Assembly: GCA_964035545.1 (NCBI GenBank)
Contig: OZ037767.1
Location: forward strand, 10,674,581-10,738,580
Direction of reading: 5' to 3'
Length of the DNA stretch: 64,000 nucleotides
DNA from: Bugula neritina
Taxonomy: Eukaryota > Animalia > Bryozoa
Of the stretch, positions 38,201 to 49,395 are shown piece by piece. The notes under the pieces are model-generated. The model saw only the letters and a list, made by a program, of their open reading frames with translations, made no database searches and had not been told where the DNA came from. A program made the translations under genes and the position numbers. Position 1 is the stretch's first letter; each line of letters starts with the position of its first letter.

Positions 38201-38446
38201 ACAGACTTAGTGACAAAAATAGTAAAACTATATCAGAAGTATCACCGTTAGTATTACTGCTACTAGCATAACTATTACTATTAGTATTACTATTAGTTCT
38301 ACTACTGTTAGTGTTAGTGTTAGTATAAGTATTACTATCAGTATGAGTATTACTATAACTATTAGTATTGTTTTCAGTTTGAATTGTAGTTTTTACCTGT
38401 CGTTCAGTTGAGTCACAAAAACATTTTTTCTTAGATTTGCATTCAT
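33450..38446 (-). CDS. DUF4200 coiled-coil protein (CCDC42/CFAP73/CCDC197 family), about 8 exons
   Basis: Spliced [14 protein letters not shown]...[74 protein letters not shown]...YEQFL...[12 protein letters not shown]...[13 protein letters not shown]; the KFEKFIxDNEAKRxRA pattern is typical of DUF4200. Paralog not resolved. Confidence 0.8.
33891..34105 (+). mobile_element. tRNA-derived SINE
   Basis: A-box-like GTGATCTAGGGGTTA and B-box GGTTCGAACCC, then body TGGTGATGTTAGGAAGAGCATTCAGTCATAACTGCTCC shared with other copies. Confidence 0.8.
35007..35199. repeat. Interrupted (TA)n microsatellite
   Basis: TA run with TG interruptions. Confidence 0.97.
36312..36518 (-). mobile_element. tRNA-derived SINE, same family, opposite orientation
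   Basis: Reverse complement reads CAGCCGTGGTCTAGGGGTG..GGGTTCGAACCCGACAAAGGCCACTGGGGATGTTAGGAAGAGCATCCAGTCATAATTGCTCC..CTATAAACTTGCATGAG. Confidence 0.8.
38100..38390. repeat. 6-bp periodic degenerate tract in the first coding intron of the DUF4200 gene
   Basis: ATTACT ATTAGT ATTACT GTTAGT GTTAGT units. Confidence 0.85.
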
Positions 38447-38590
38447 TTTTGTTTAAATTTGTTTAATGTGTAGCGTCTAACTAAATTAAAAATGTCCTCA
38501 CAAGCAACTGGATTAAACCTGTGCACAGTATGAGTATGCAATTTTCTGCACAATTTTAGGATTAAAGAGTACTTGAAAACGGAAGTTAAT

Positions 38591-38603
38591 GGTGCTAGGC
38601 AAC
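38591..38603. promoter_or_regulatory. RFX X-box-like element upstream of the DUF4200 gene
   Basis: GGTGCTAGGCAAC, one mismatch from GTTGCTAGGCAAC, 145 bp upstream of the minus-strand ATG at 38446. Confidence 0.55.
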
Positions 38604-39319
38604 GAACATTTTTTGGGATAAAGTTGGAGTTGTTGCTCCACTTTAATATGCATGAACTCAGCCAGTTGCATGTTGCCACATAAACCACGTCAATCATTCT
38701 TATAAGTTATAATAAAATTATAAAATAGATTGTGTTTATAAAAACACATTCATAATTTTTTTTTAAATATTTGATAACATGTTATAATATATAACTTGTA
38801 CAAACAATATGACATAAGATAAGTACTACAGCAAATCATTGGACTGTAGAAACTGCGAATAATTATAAATTTGACAAGACCTGTTTTGTGACTAATATAT
38901 ATATCGTAATACCTCAATCAATAATCTATACTTCTACGATTTTACAACTAAAATCCACGTCGAGTTTTCAGCTACTTTCTTCTGTCAAGGTCAAAACTTC
39001 AGCTTCCACAATAATTATTGGTATTAAAATAAAATTTTAGTCTCCAGTGACTGTCAAACTTAATATTACCAACTCTTAGCCTCTTGCAATACCACTTACC
39101 AGTGGTTGATACCTGATTAGTGATTACATTTATGTGAATACAAATATAGCTTGCATAATATGTTGTTACCTTTATTATTATCATAATGATAATGTTTAAC
39201 TTAATTATTGTAATTATAAAATAAATACTAAATTATTTATATTTTATATTAATTTTAAATACATAATTAATATTATTATAATTAATATTATTATTATTAA
39301 TATTTAATTTTATTAACTT

Positions 39320-39730
39320 TAACTTTAGGTTTACTAACAGTAACACAGTAACTGTGTTGATGTTAGTGTTCCTTTTAGTGTTATTGTTACACTTACACTG
39401 TTACTGTTAGACTTAGAGTTAGTGTTAAGAGTTACTCACTTGTAATTACAGTTACTCACTTACAGTTTCTGTTAGTCAGTAATTTAGTGTTAGACTTACT
39501 TTGACTCTTACTCTAGCTTTTAGTTTAACTTTAACTCTTAGTCTGAGTCATGTTCTTACTCTTACTCTTACTGTTGATGTTATGTGTAGTTCTAGTTGTA
39601 CAGTTTTAGTTTGAATTTTACTTCATCTTTTATATGTAGTTTTACTTTTATTTCATTTTGTGGTTGTGCTTGTAGCATCAACAGCAGCACTAGTATTTAC
39701 ACTAACAGTACCAGTACTATTACTGTAATA
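39320..39730. repeat. 6-bp periodic degenerate tract upstream of the SEC11 coding region
   Basis: GTTAGT/GTTACT/CTTACT/CTTAGT units. Confidence 0.85.
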
Positions 39731-40435
39731 GATGTAGTTTACTTGAATTTTTGAGGCTTAGTTAGTAATAGTTAGCAAATGTGATTGTAAATATTTAGTA
39801 AACACTACTAAATAAAGTTTGTCAACTGTTAAGTTTTGCAATTAACAAGTTAGCCTTTTAGCTTTAGCTTTAAGCTTATATTTGAAGAGTTGCTGGTTTT
39901 GCTTTTTAGTCTTACCTGTTGATTATTGAACTTGAGGTTTATCATGGACATGATGACAATTATCATGCTAATGTTCGTTAAAGCATAATGAATCATGATA
40001 ACTAATAACCTTTATTTTTATTGCTAAATATACTTAATTTTTTTAGGATAGTAATTTGAAGTTGATTCAATGCTCATGATTATAAATAACTTTGACAATA
40101 ACAATATGAATATAAAACTCATTGAGTTTTATTTTATATTTGTAATAGTTCTATTAGCAATAAGTTTATGTGCGATATCATGTATAACATTTTCATTTCA
40201 AGATTGTTATATTTAATATAGATTAAAGTTGAATGATGATAGTTTTACTTATAGTGGCAGTACACAGTGCATTAAAAATAATTTTAGCTTTTTATGCAAC
40301 CATAAACTATGATTTGAAGTCAAATTAAGTATCCTCTAGTTGTTGTACTGAACTATTATAATACAGGCTAGTTGTAGCCACTAGCATTCAATTTACTCTG
40401 TGAGTGACTTTTTTTTAGCTAGCCCGAACTACACG

Positions 40436-42770
40436 ATGAAGGTTCTTGAGCAATTTGATTTCTTAGATGATGTTCGGCGAATGGATGCTCGTCAGGTAAG
40501 CCTAACAAATTTAAAAAGAAATAAATCATTTTTTACATATTGGTTAAAATAAAAAACATAATTTTTTAATCTATCTAAGCTTGTATTGTTATGTGAAACA
40601 GTCAATCGTAAGTCCTAATTCAATATATATTTTTTAATTTCTAAGTGAATGTTCAATTCAAGTGAACCACTTCAGTAATTAAAATTTTTGACTGCTAAAT
40701 TAATCTATTTCTTTCTGTGAACATAATTTGGATAATTTATTTACTCAGTATTTTCTGTGTCTAGTACCAGTAAAAAGTAAAATATTAATAAATTATTAGT
40801 CGTAGCGCCAATATGTAAAGCACTTACTCAGAATTATGGTTGTGGTTGTGATATATGTATAACAGATAATAATATATAAATGAAGTAATATATTTGATAA
40901 GAGAAATGGTAATTTTGCTGTGAGCTGCTTAACATCTGTTCTTTATTTACAGGTAGTTTACCAATTCTTAAACTTTTGTATGATTGTCGCATCTGCATTG
41001 ATGATATGGAAAGGTCTGATGGTAGTAACAGAGAGTGAAAGCCCCATAGTTGTCGTGCTCAGGTATCTGTTCATGTTAATATATTAAGTAATCGTGGGCA
41101 ATGCTGACTAAAGTTTCAATGTTACAAAAGTGGTAGTATTTATGTAGTATCAATGACCATGGTCCATGTATGCAGTGTGTTTTCAGTTAGCTGATTAAGG
41201 AACATAATGTAATGGTAATTTTGTTAAGTGTTTTTAAATGATATACTAGTACTAATTAGTAATCTCATAATATATGTGCTAAAAGTGAAGTTAACAATTG
41301 TTCGAGAGTGCAACATAAAAAGTGCTTTGGTATTGCAAAAACATATTGTGTTAAATTTTTATAAATTGACCTGCAAGTTATAGGTGTAAGCTTAACTGTA
41401 ACTAAAAACTCATGAAACTTGTCCAGTTACCTTTGTAGTATAAATTTACTCTAAAATTGTTAGTAGGTACGAGTGGTTTGTGGTTACTTGATTGTAAGCA
41501 ACGAAGCTGTATTATTTAGTGGCAGTATGGAGCCAGCTTTCTATAGAGGTGACCTCTTACTGCTCACCAACCATCACGATGAACCCATCAGAGCTGGTGA
41601 GATCGTAGTATTCAAAATAAAAGGCAGAGATATTCCAATAGTGCACAGAGTTATTAAATTACACGAAAAGTAAGTATTCTAGAACGTTCTGGCTCCTTGC
41701 CAGTAGACTTCCTTGTAAAATTTGTATTCGTAGTTCATCTGTTTGTAGTTTTTTTATTCCACTTGTAACTTTTATCAATTTTTTTTAAAGGGAGGATTTC
41801 TGTTGTGGTAGATTACAGTTCTTCTATACATTGTGTCAAATCAAATGTCTGATGAAGCCAAGTCGTGGTTTCAAAAATAAGAAAGTTTTCATTAAATTCA
41901 AGTCAGGCAGATAGCTTAAATAGCTTTGAGTAAATTCAAATACAGTTTAACAGTTGTAATGGCAAGTGTGTATGACACAAGTAACTGATAACTCTTATAT
42001 GTTTACTGTGAAACTTTACTTCGAGACTTTTTTGCTGCAATATTTCATCTAAACTGGTTGAAATAACAATACTAAATGATCCACTGTAAATACAACTCAT
42101 TGTGCTGTAAATACAACTCATTGTGCTGTAAATACAACTCATTGTGCTATAAATATACAGAGAAGATGGCACCACGAAGTTTCTCACTAAAGGTGACAAT
42201 AACAGAGTAGATGATAGAGGGTTGTATGCACCCGGTCAGCTATGGCTGAAACGAGAAGATGTCGTAGGCCGCGCTAGAGGGTGAGTGTTTATAGAACATA
42301 GCACATGCTATACTGTATACCGTATTATGCCTTGTTGTATGCTAACCTACATTCAGTTACATTATAAAGTATGCTATGGGTTATGGGCTGTACTTTAGAC
42401 TCTTCACGTTTGTTTACAGATTTCTACCTTATGTTGGAATAGTTACTATATTAATGAACGACTACCCACAGTTGAAGGTAAGTTTGTTTCTGTGAGAGAC
42501 TTAGTCTTTCTGTCACTATTGCCTTTTGCTCACTGGTTTATGATGCTGTAACCATTTCTGAACTTCTTGTGGCTACATGCATTGTTTGAAAGATTTCCAA
42601 TGATTCGAAACACCTTAATAAATATTATGTTTTATTCATTGATTGCATTGCATTTTGATGAGATTTGATTTAATGAGTTTACTATTTTTGTTACGTTGAT
42701 TTTATGCTTGTAGTACGCTGTGTTAGGATGTCTGGGCATATATGTCCTGATTCATCGTGAAACCAACTAG
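40436..42770 (+). CDS. SEC11: Signal peptidase complex catalytic subunit SEC11, 184 aa; exons 40436-40495, 40953-41062, 41520-41669, 42161-42280, 42420-42477, 42714-42770
   Basis: [94 protein letters not shown]; catalytic Ser/His/Asp motifs present. Confidence 0.98.
42084..42160. repeat. 21-bp tandem repeat x3 ending at a SEC11 splice acceptor
   Basis: CTGTAAATACAACTCATTGTG repeated, then ...AAATATACAG|A. Confidence 0.9.
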
Positions 42771-43383
42771 CCATTTAAGATCTGAATCTTTCTTCCTACC
42801 TTCTTCTTAAAAAAACCATAACCAGTAAATAGAACAAGCACCTGCATCTAAGTGTCAGATTTTATTTCAATGCCCTGACATACTTAAGCAACTTTTCCAA
42901 TATAAATATTTGTTGTTATCTTAAGTAAAATGTTTCCACCAGAATACTATATTTTACAAAAAGTTTTGACAGCTCTATGTATTTTCTTTTTAATACAAAC
43001 TTCCAAACTAATTTTATGGATTATTGTGAACACTAAATCTGTTTGTTGTTGATATTTGAATGGGCATGTTTTAACTGCAAAGAATGTATTTAGATCTATC
43101 TCCGTAGATGTTGGTATAAGTCTAAGTTAATTATTGTTAAACTGTTGTTGAAATAAATGTTGATATTATAGCATTCTTATCTGTGTCATTTATTTTATTA
43201 CTGAACATAGTAGCATAATAAAGTATTTCATACATTGACAGTTGCTTACAAATTACAAATTAATATTGATCAACCATTTAGTAACAGTGTCAAAGTTGAC
43301 ATTAAATACATTACACAATTATATAATTGAGATCATGAAAAGTGTGGTACCCCAGTATGATCTGGTTAACTAGGTAGTCTAAT

Positions 43384-46300
43384 TTAGTCTTTGCTAGACT
43401 GGTCCGGTGTACTTCCTAATGGCCCAGACTGGGCTAGCGTACTGTCTAATGGACCAGATTGGTCTGGCATGTTGTCATCCATGCAGTTCAAGGCTGTGTG
43501 GTCTGAGGAGCTGTTAAAAGAAGGTATGGGCTCCAGAGGCTCTTGGATTGCCAGTACGGTGCTATTGTCCAAATTTGTAGCAGTCAGACTGAACTGTACT
43601 TTCATTGTTGATGGAATGCTTTCTGATCCATTAACTGAGAAGAACCGCTCTTGTGTTGGTGGTGGTGCCACACACTTATCTAACAGCGGGTCACTCCTTT
43701 GACTAGAACCAGTTGTTGTTGGTGCTGCAACCTGAATCTCCGGCGCAGGTGCCTTCCGGAACTTGTTGAGTAGTTTTCCATGACTTCTGGGGTGGGGGGC
43801 GCTGTAGCTGTAGAGAGGCACCTTTTTAAACGCCAACGGTTTCTTTCCACTACCTACCAACAACCATGTGCTATCCCCTAAACTAAATTTGCAGGGAATA
43901 AAATGTGGTTTTGTAATAGCATATCTATCCACTTACCTTGTGCACCCTTGTTCTTCATGAGATCGGCCATTTGTTTTCTCTGAGAGAAATCCTCATCACT
44001 GGTTGCATCATTATTTCGACCCTCTACTAAAAGGGTTGGTTACGATTTTATGCAACCCATAGTGTCCTTTATATTTGCAGATCATACATAATAAATATAC
44101 CAGTAAAATGGGTGTACGGTCATTTTAGTTGCGGTAATTTATAACAAAACAATTGTATGTAATTCTCATACTTGCATACATCAAATTACGTACATACAGC
44201 TGGATTTCCTGAAACTTGAAAGAGGCCACCCATAAGTACAAACACAACTAAAGCTCCCACAACCACTCCCACTATCCACAGAGGGCTTCTCTTTGGTTCT
44301 TCAAAGTCTGTATTAGCTGTCTCTAAATGTATAAGATGTAGGTGACTGTGTTATTAACATATTTATGTGTGTATGCTTTATATACATTACGCATTACATG
44401 TGAAAAACATTAAAATTAAATAAAGATATGTCAATATAAAACAGAATAAGCAAAATATTTTTTCTGTTTGGGACAAGATCTTTATTTCTAGCCTAATTTA
44501 TAAACTTGTAAAGTAAATTAGATACTTGATGTTTTAATATAACTGGTGTTGAGCATAGCTGTAGAATATATATAATGCTCTTACACTGCTAGTTATAGAT
44601 CATTTGGACTATTCTGTATAGGCGCAATTCATATTACAGAGTAAATAATGGCATGCAATAACTACCTGCTACGGCTTCAATCGTGGCTTCTATGATGATA
44701 GTAGCGGAATGAACATCTATGCCAATCGGTCTGTTTCCAACCGTCACGTTGTATTGCACAGCAAAAGTGTCGTCAGAATATTTGGCTCTTGCTTCTTTTT
44801 CTATCCCATAGTCTTTGTTGTACATGAGGTCTACGCAGCTAAAGTAATATTTCTACAAGTATACATGTAGTATATGTAAGAATTTAGTGGTACCCTGCTA
44901 TGCAGTTCAATATCATTGTTTATTATTGCATTAGTGTCTGATGATTTCTGCCTGTTATAACACACTCTAACATGTAGTCTACTTAATTTTGATTGTATCT
45001 TTAAATCGATCATACTTCATGTTGAAAGATGATTTGAAAGTATAATTAAAAGATCTATTGCTACTTTACAGTTTTATGCCATTAGAAAGCTTGGAATTTA
45101 CTGATTAGATGAAAACATTTGAGTTTTTCTAAAGCAGGGCTGTTAAACAGGCGGCCCCAGCGCTGGAAGTGACTCCCAGTCTACACCTATTTGGCCCTCA
45201 AAAGCATAAAGCAAAAATTATTTTTCAAGTATGCAGGCTTAGAGTGAAAAACGACTTTTTATATGTCTTATTCATACATATGCTACAAAACATGCAGCCT
45301 GCATTAACTATTGGGACTTTATTGTGTAGCTAGTGATTCATAAGGATTTGGAATGAAATATTCTAAAAAATACTGGCCCTGTGGCCCCCAGCACAAACTA
45401 AAGTTTACAACATGGCCGGCACCACGGAACATTTCCGTTCAGTGGCCCTCAGCTTAAAAAGGTTTGACACACCCTGGTCTAAAGTATCCGTGCAATCCTG
45501 GAGAAGTTGTGTAAGCAGCAATGCACTGTGGAGAAATTATGTAATGCTCTCAACATTGCAGTTGACCCTACCGGGATTTGAGCGCATGACCTAGCACATT
45601 ATACTAGGTCAGCCCTCTAATCCCTAGCCTTCGTATGAAGATATTTGAATCAGAGAAATAAGTTCTGTGTTGTAAGAGGGTAAAGTTGTCATTTAAACTG
45701 AATTTAGTGAATAATTTTGAGATTATGTATTATTATATTACATTTGCTGCATGTGTACTTAAAGCATATTATGCTAGTCCTGAAACAACCTAAGTAGGAA
45801 TAAAACAACACTATCACAACGGACTTTTGGTAGATTGACTCAGGGGAAAAGAGTGGGATGAATTGGTGTTTAGGTGCAGTAGTGGAGAAGTTTTAATAGC
45901 TTAAGATCTGTAATTGTCTTTAGGGGTTTTGGTTTGGGGCATGGCTTGAAATTCTCATGAGAACACAATTTTCTTTGCTACATTTTTTATCTAGAACACA
46001 GGCTCTTCTCAATTTATCCATTACTGCACCTACCTCTGAATATCCTGCAAACTGTGCAGAAACTAGCCACTTTTCAAGGATAGGAAAAAGTGAGTGCATG
46101 AAAGCAATGTGTTATTTCAAATTAGTAAGTTTAAGTATTTAGTGGCATAAAATGTACTTAAAACAGAAGGCTGCCAGCACTATAATATAGCTCACAGCTA
46201 ATTTAAGGCAAATGACTGAAACTGTTAATGATACACATTTTTTGCCACCCAATCTCTTTCTATACTAGGTAGCATGCATACCAAGTTTGAATTGAAGTAG

Positions 46301-48704
46301 ATCCCAATCTCCACTGCACAAGAGTTAAAGTATTGAGATTTGATAGCATATCTTAGCACTGTTCTTTCTTGATCACCAATACTTTTAGCTGATGAATTGT
46401 CCAACCTAAACCTGCCAATTATATTATAAACTTGCGTTTACCCTCACCACTGACTATTAAAAGCTTAGTTTATAATATTTAGTACGTGGTGGCTCTTTTT
46501 AGAGTTCTTGATATTCTATATCCTTGTTCAATTTTAGTAAGCACTTGTACGTTATGCACACAACACCCACGTTAGATAGTATTAAGTGAGGGATTATGAA
46601 TGAAATTACTAATAAAAATTAAATATCTGGATTGCTTTATTCTATACAGTAAACGCATCACTTCAATACAAAATTTTATATTACAATATACCTATATATA
46701 ATTATATTTTTGTATCACAATATATATTAAAATACATATTGTTGGGACAGTCCAAGAGTATTGAAAGCTTTTGTTACATTATGCTAATATTATTTAAACA
46801 ACAAGCACACATCAATACAGCTTTAATTGGAGTTTTATAGCTATGTTGGCTATTTTATGCTTTTCTACATTTTGTATGGCATAGCTTATTTTGGCTACCA
46901 CAAAAAATGCTAACTTTTACACTACTATATAAAGCCAGCACTTAATAATGTCATTCATACTTTTTCATCTAGTCTTTGGTGGTAAATACACATACCCTAA
47001 TATAGTGAAACACAACACATATTTTTATATAACAGCAGGCTGCAAAATACATTTAATATGCATTTTATTACTGCTGCTCTCATAAATCTTCAAGGTTGCT
47101 GGAAATGTTATTGTGGAGTAGTTACTTACTGCATAATACAACTGAAATTCTGGACTACAGGAAACTGTGTGTTGAGTAGCGTGAGCTCATAGCGTTCTCC
47201 TAGAGCCACATATACTACTGGAGCAGATGGAATTGACACTTTCTCTCTCTGAAGTTAAAACAGCAATAGAATCAACAACTAATTTTTTTTTATAAAAGTG
47301 ATATTTTATGAGGAAATATAAACATTTTAGTTAACGCTTTATTAGCTAGTGCCTTTTGCTATACTTTGAATACAAACTGATTTAAAAAAGAGGTAGTTTA
47401 TACTAGATGATATCACTCGTGGTAATGATGAGCATGATTGTTATTTTGCAGTATGTTCAGTAATGCTTACAGTACAGAAAAGTACTGTGACTTAGATAGA
47501 ACAAAGTAATCAATAATTGATTTCTCCTACCCTTATAATTTTTATTAAAAGTCACACAAAAGTTCAAACAAAATGTCTAGTAAAGTAAATGTATCACAAC
47601 TTATCAAAACTATTAAATGGAACTTATGTATTGTGGATTACACAGAAAATCTGGTATACTAAAGAACTTCTGGTATAATAAATATGATTTTCAACAATTC
47701 AATGACTTTTACCTTTTCCAAACTTAGCTGAGTCAAGTTCGTCGCCTGTAAAAAAGAAAATATACATTTATAGAAAGCCTTTATAGTGCATGTAGCATGC
47801 AGCTTTCATGTTCATTCTACCAGTAGCAATTAGCAACCTATTTAGGTTATAGTAGAAAACAGGTTAAAAACGCAATAAGTGAAAAAATTCAAAGTAAGCA
47901 AATTTCTTTCTTTCTGAATGCATAGTTCTGAAAAGGATAGTTGCACCCTATTTCTGGCTCCCACAAATGAACAAAAAAGAAGACATTGCAGATGTTTATT
48001 ATAATATTTCTCTTGAATGGGGCTAATTTAGGAGAAAAATAGTTGTGCACAAGTTTGGTATAAACTATAATGTAATAAAATGATGGTACATTCTAAAACT
48101 TTAGCTAAATAAACTTAAATAATTTATAAAAACTTGGTTTTTGAGTTTGGTGCGGGTTTATCAATTTATTTGTACTTAACTTGGGTCATACCGTGGAAGC
48201 TAGGAAGCCATCCGTTCTAACATGGTCTAGATCTTTATTTTCATAGTTGTTTACACATGCGTGATAAAAAAGGAGATTGAATACTGCAGCCTGGGTATAA
48301 TGACCAGCATAGCCCCAGAATATATACAAGACATACATAAATGCAAGGTATCTGTGCATGTCATCAACTACATCACTTTACTATCAGTTGATAGCAGCAG
48401 TAAGTAAATCTAATCTGTCAGCATAAACTATGCAAAACATTTACAAATGAAATTTTGAAAACGTTTGAAATTTCTCAGTTTCTTCAAATGATTCGAATAA
48501 TTTTCATGTTCATCATATTTCAAGAAAAAACACGTGGGATGAAGAGACATTGTTGCAAACTGACAAGATGAAGTAGTACTCTTAGCTTGATCTTACAATG
48601 GCCATTACGTGGTTTCCAAGCTTCGCACTATGCAAACGGAGTCTTCATTTGATTTTTGGAAACACTTACATCGAATGAAACCATAAGTTCGTCTGTACGA
48701 GCAT
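43384..48704 (-). CDS. Uncharacterised type I single-pass membrane protein, 456 aa; exons 48704-48670, 48351-48192, 47745-47713, 47248-47130, 46405-46282, 44852-44666, 44322-44194, 44026-43937, 43877-43384
   Basis: Nine GT-AG exons join in one open frame (1371 nt): signal-like N-terminus MLVQTNLWFHSIYLAFMYVLYIFWGYAGHYTQA, ectodomain with Cys and sequons NLT/NFS/NSS/NVT, TM LWIVGVVVGALVVFVLMGGLF, and a long S/P-rich tail. Confidence 0.72.
45135..45476. mobile_element. hAT (Charlie-like) non-autonomous element
   Basis: TIRs CAGGGCTGTTAAAC / GTTTGACACACCCTG; 8-bp TSD TTCTAAAG / GTCTAAAG; internal GGCCC repeats. Confidence 0.8.
45873..46030. mobile_element. Same TA-flanked MITE family
   Basis: ta-GGTGCAGTAGTGGAGAAG...TCTAGAACACAGGCTCTTCTCAATTTATCCATTACTGCACC-ta. 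Confidence 0.8.
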
Positions 48705-49395
48705 CCATTCCCATTATGCAAAAGAATGGAAATGCAGTGGCCAACAACTAACAAGATATGTGCCCAGTAATGAGATAAGATGTAGCCAAGGGCATATTAT
48801 TTCAACGCATCTTGTATTAGTATTGCCAAGTAACACAAAGAGCTACATCACGGCTCGTATACAATGTTGCTAAGGCTTCTTTTCTGATGGAACTACAAGG
48901 CTAAATATGATAAAAAAATTTTACGAGAAATCGAAACTAGAAAAGTTTAAAAGTTTTAGAGACAACCTTTATTTATATTATTTGTATACTTTGAATCATT
49001 AGCATAATGTAATTTAGTAACTTTTATATAAAACAGAACTAAATACAACATAAATATTTATAATTTAATACAGCTCATAAGAAAATAGAAATGAGAAGTT
49101 GCATAAAATAGATAATAGTGAACTTTTACTAGCAGCTTAGCATATTCTTTTTAGTTGAGATGGTACAAATGACAAAATAAAAGCAAACTTCTTCTATCGA
49201 GAGGTTCAAACCAGTGCCCAGTGGTTTGAACCAGCTTAGCAAAATAAATAATTAAACTGAGTATGTTGAGAAGAGCAAGCAATGATGGTAGACATGGAGG
49301 ATTGAGTTTATAGCGTATTCAGTCCAACAGAGCGTTTCATGTTCAAGTGGCCTGTGGTCTTCGTTCTAAGCTGATGACTGGTGGGGGGGAGCTGG

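Noticed and set aside
48660-48715. DELMVSFDV resembling a Penelope-type RT motif
   Set aside because: Isolated 9-aa match; another frame of the same bases forms exon 1 of the membrane-protein gene with a perfect GTAAGT donor.
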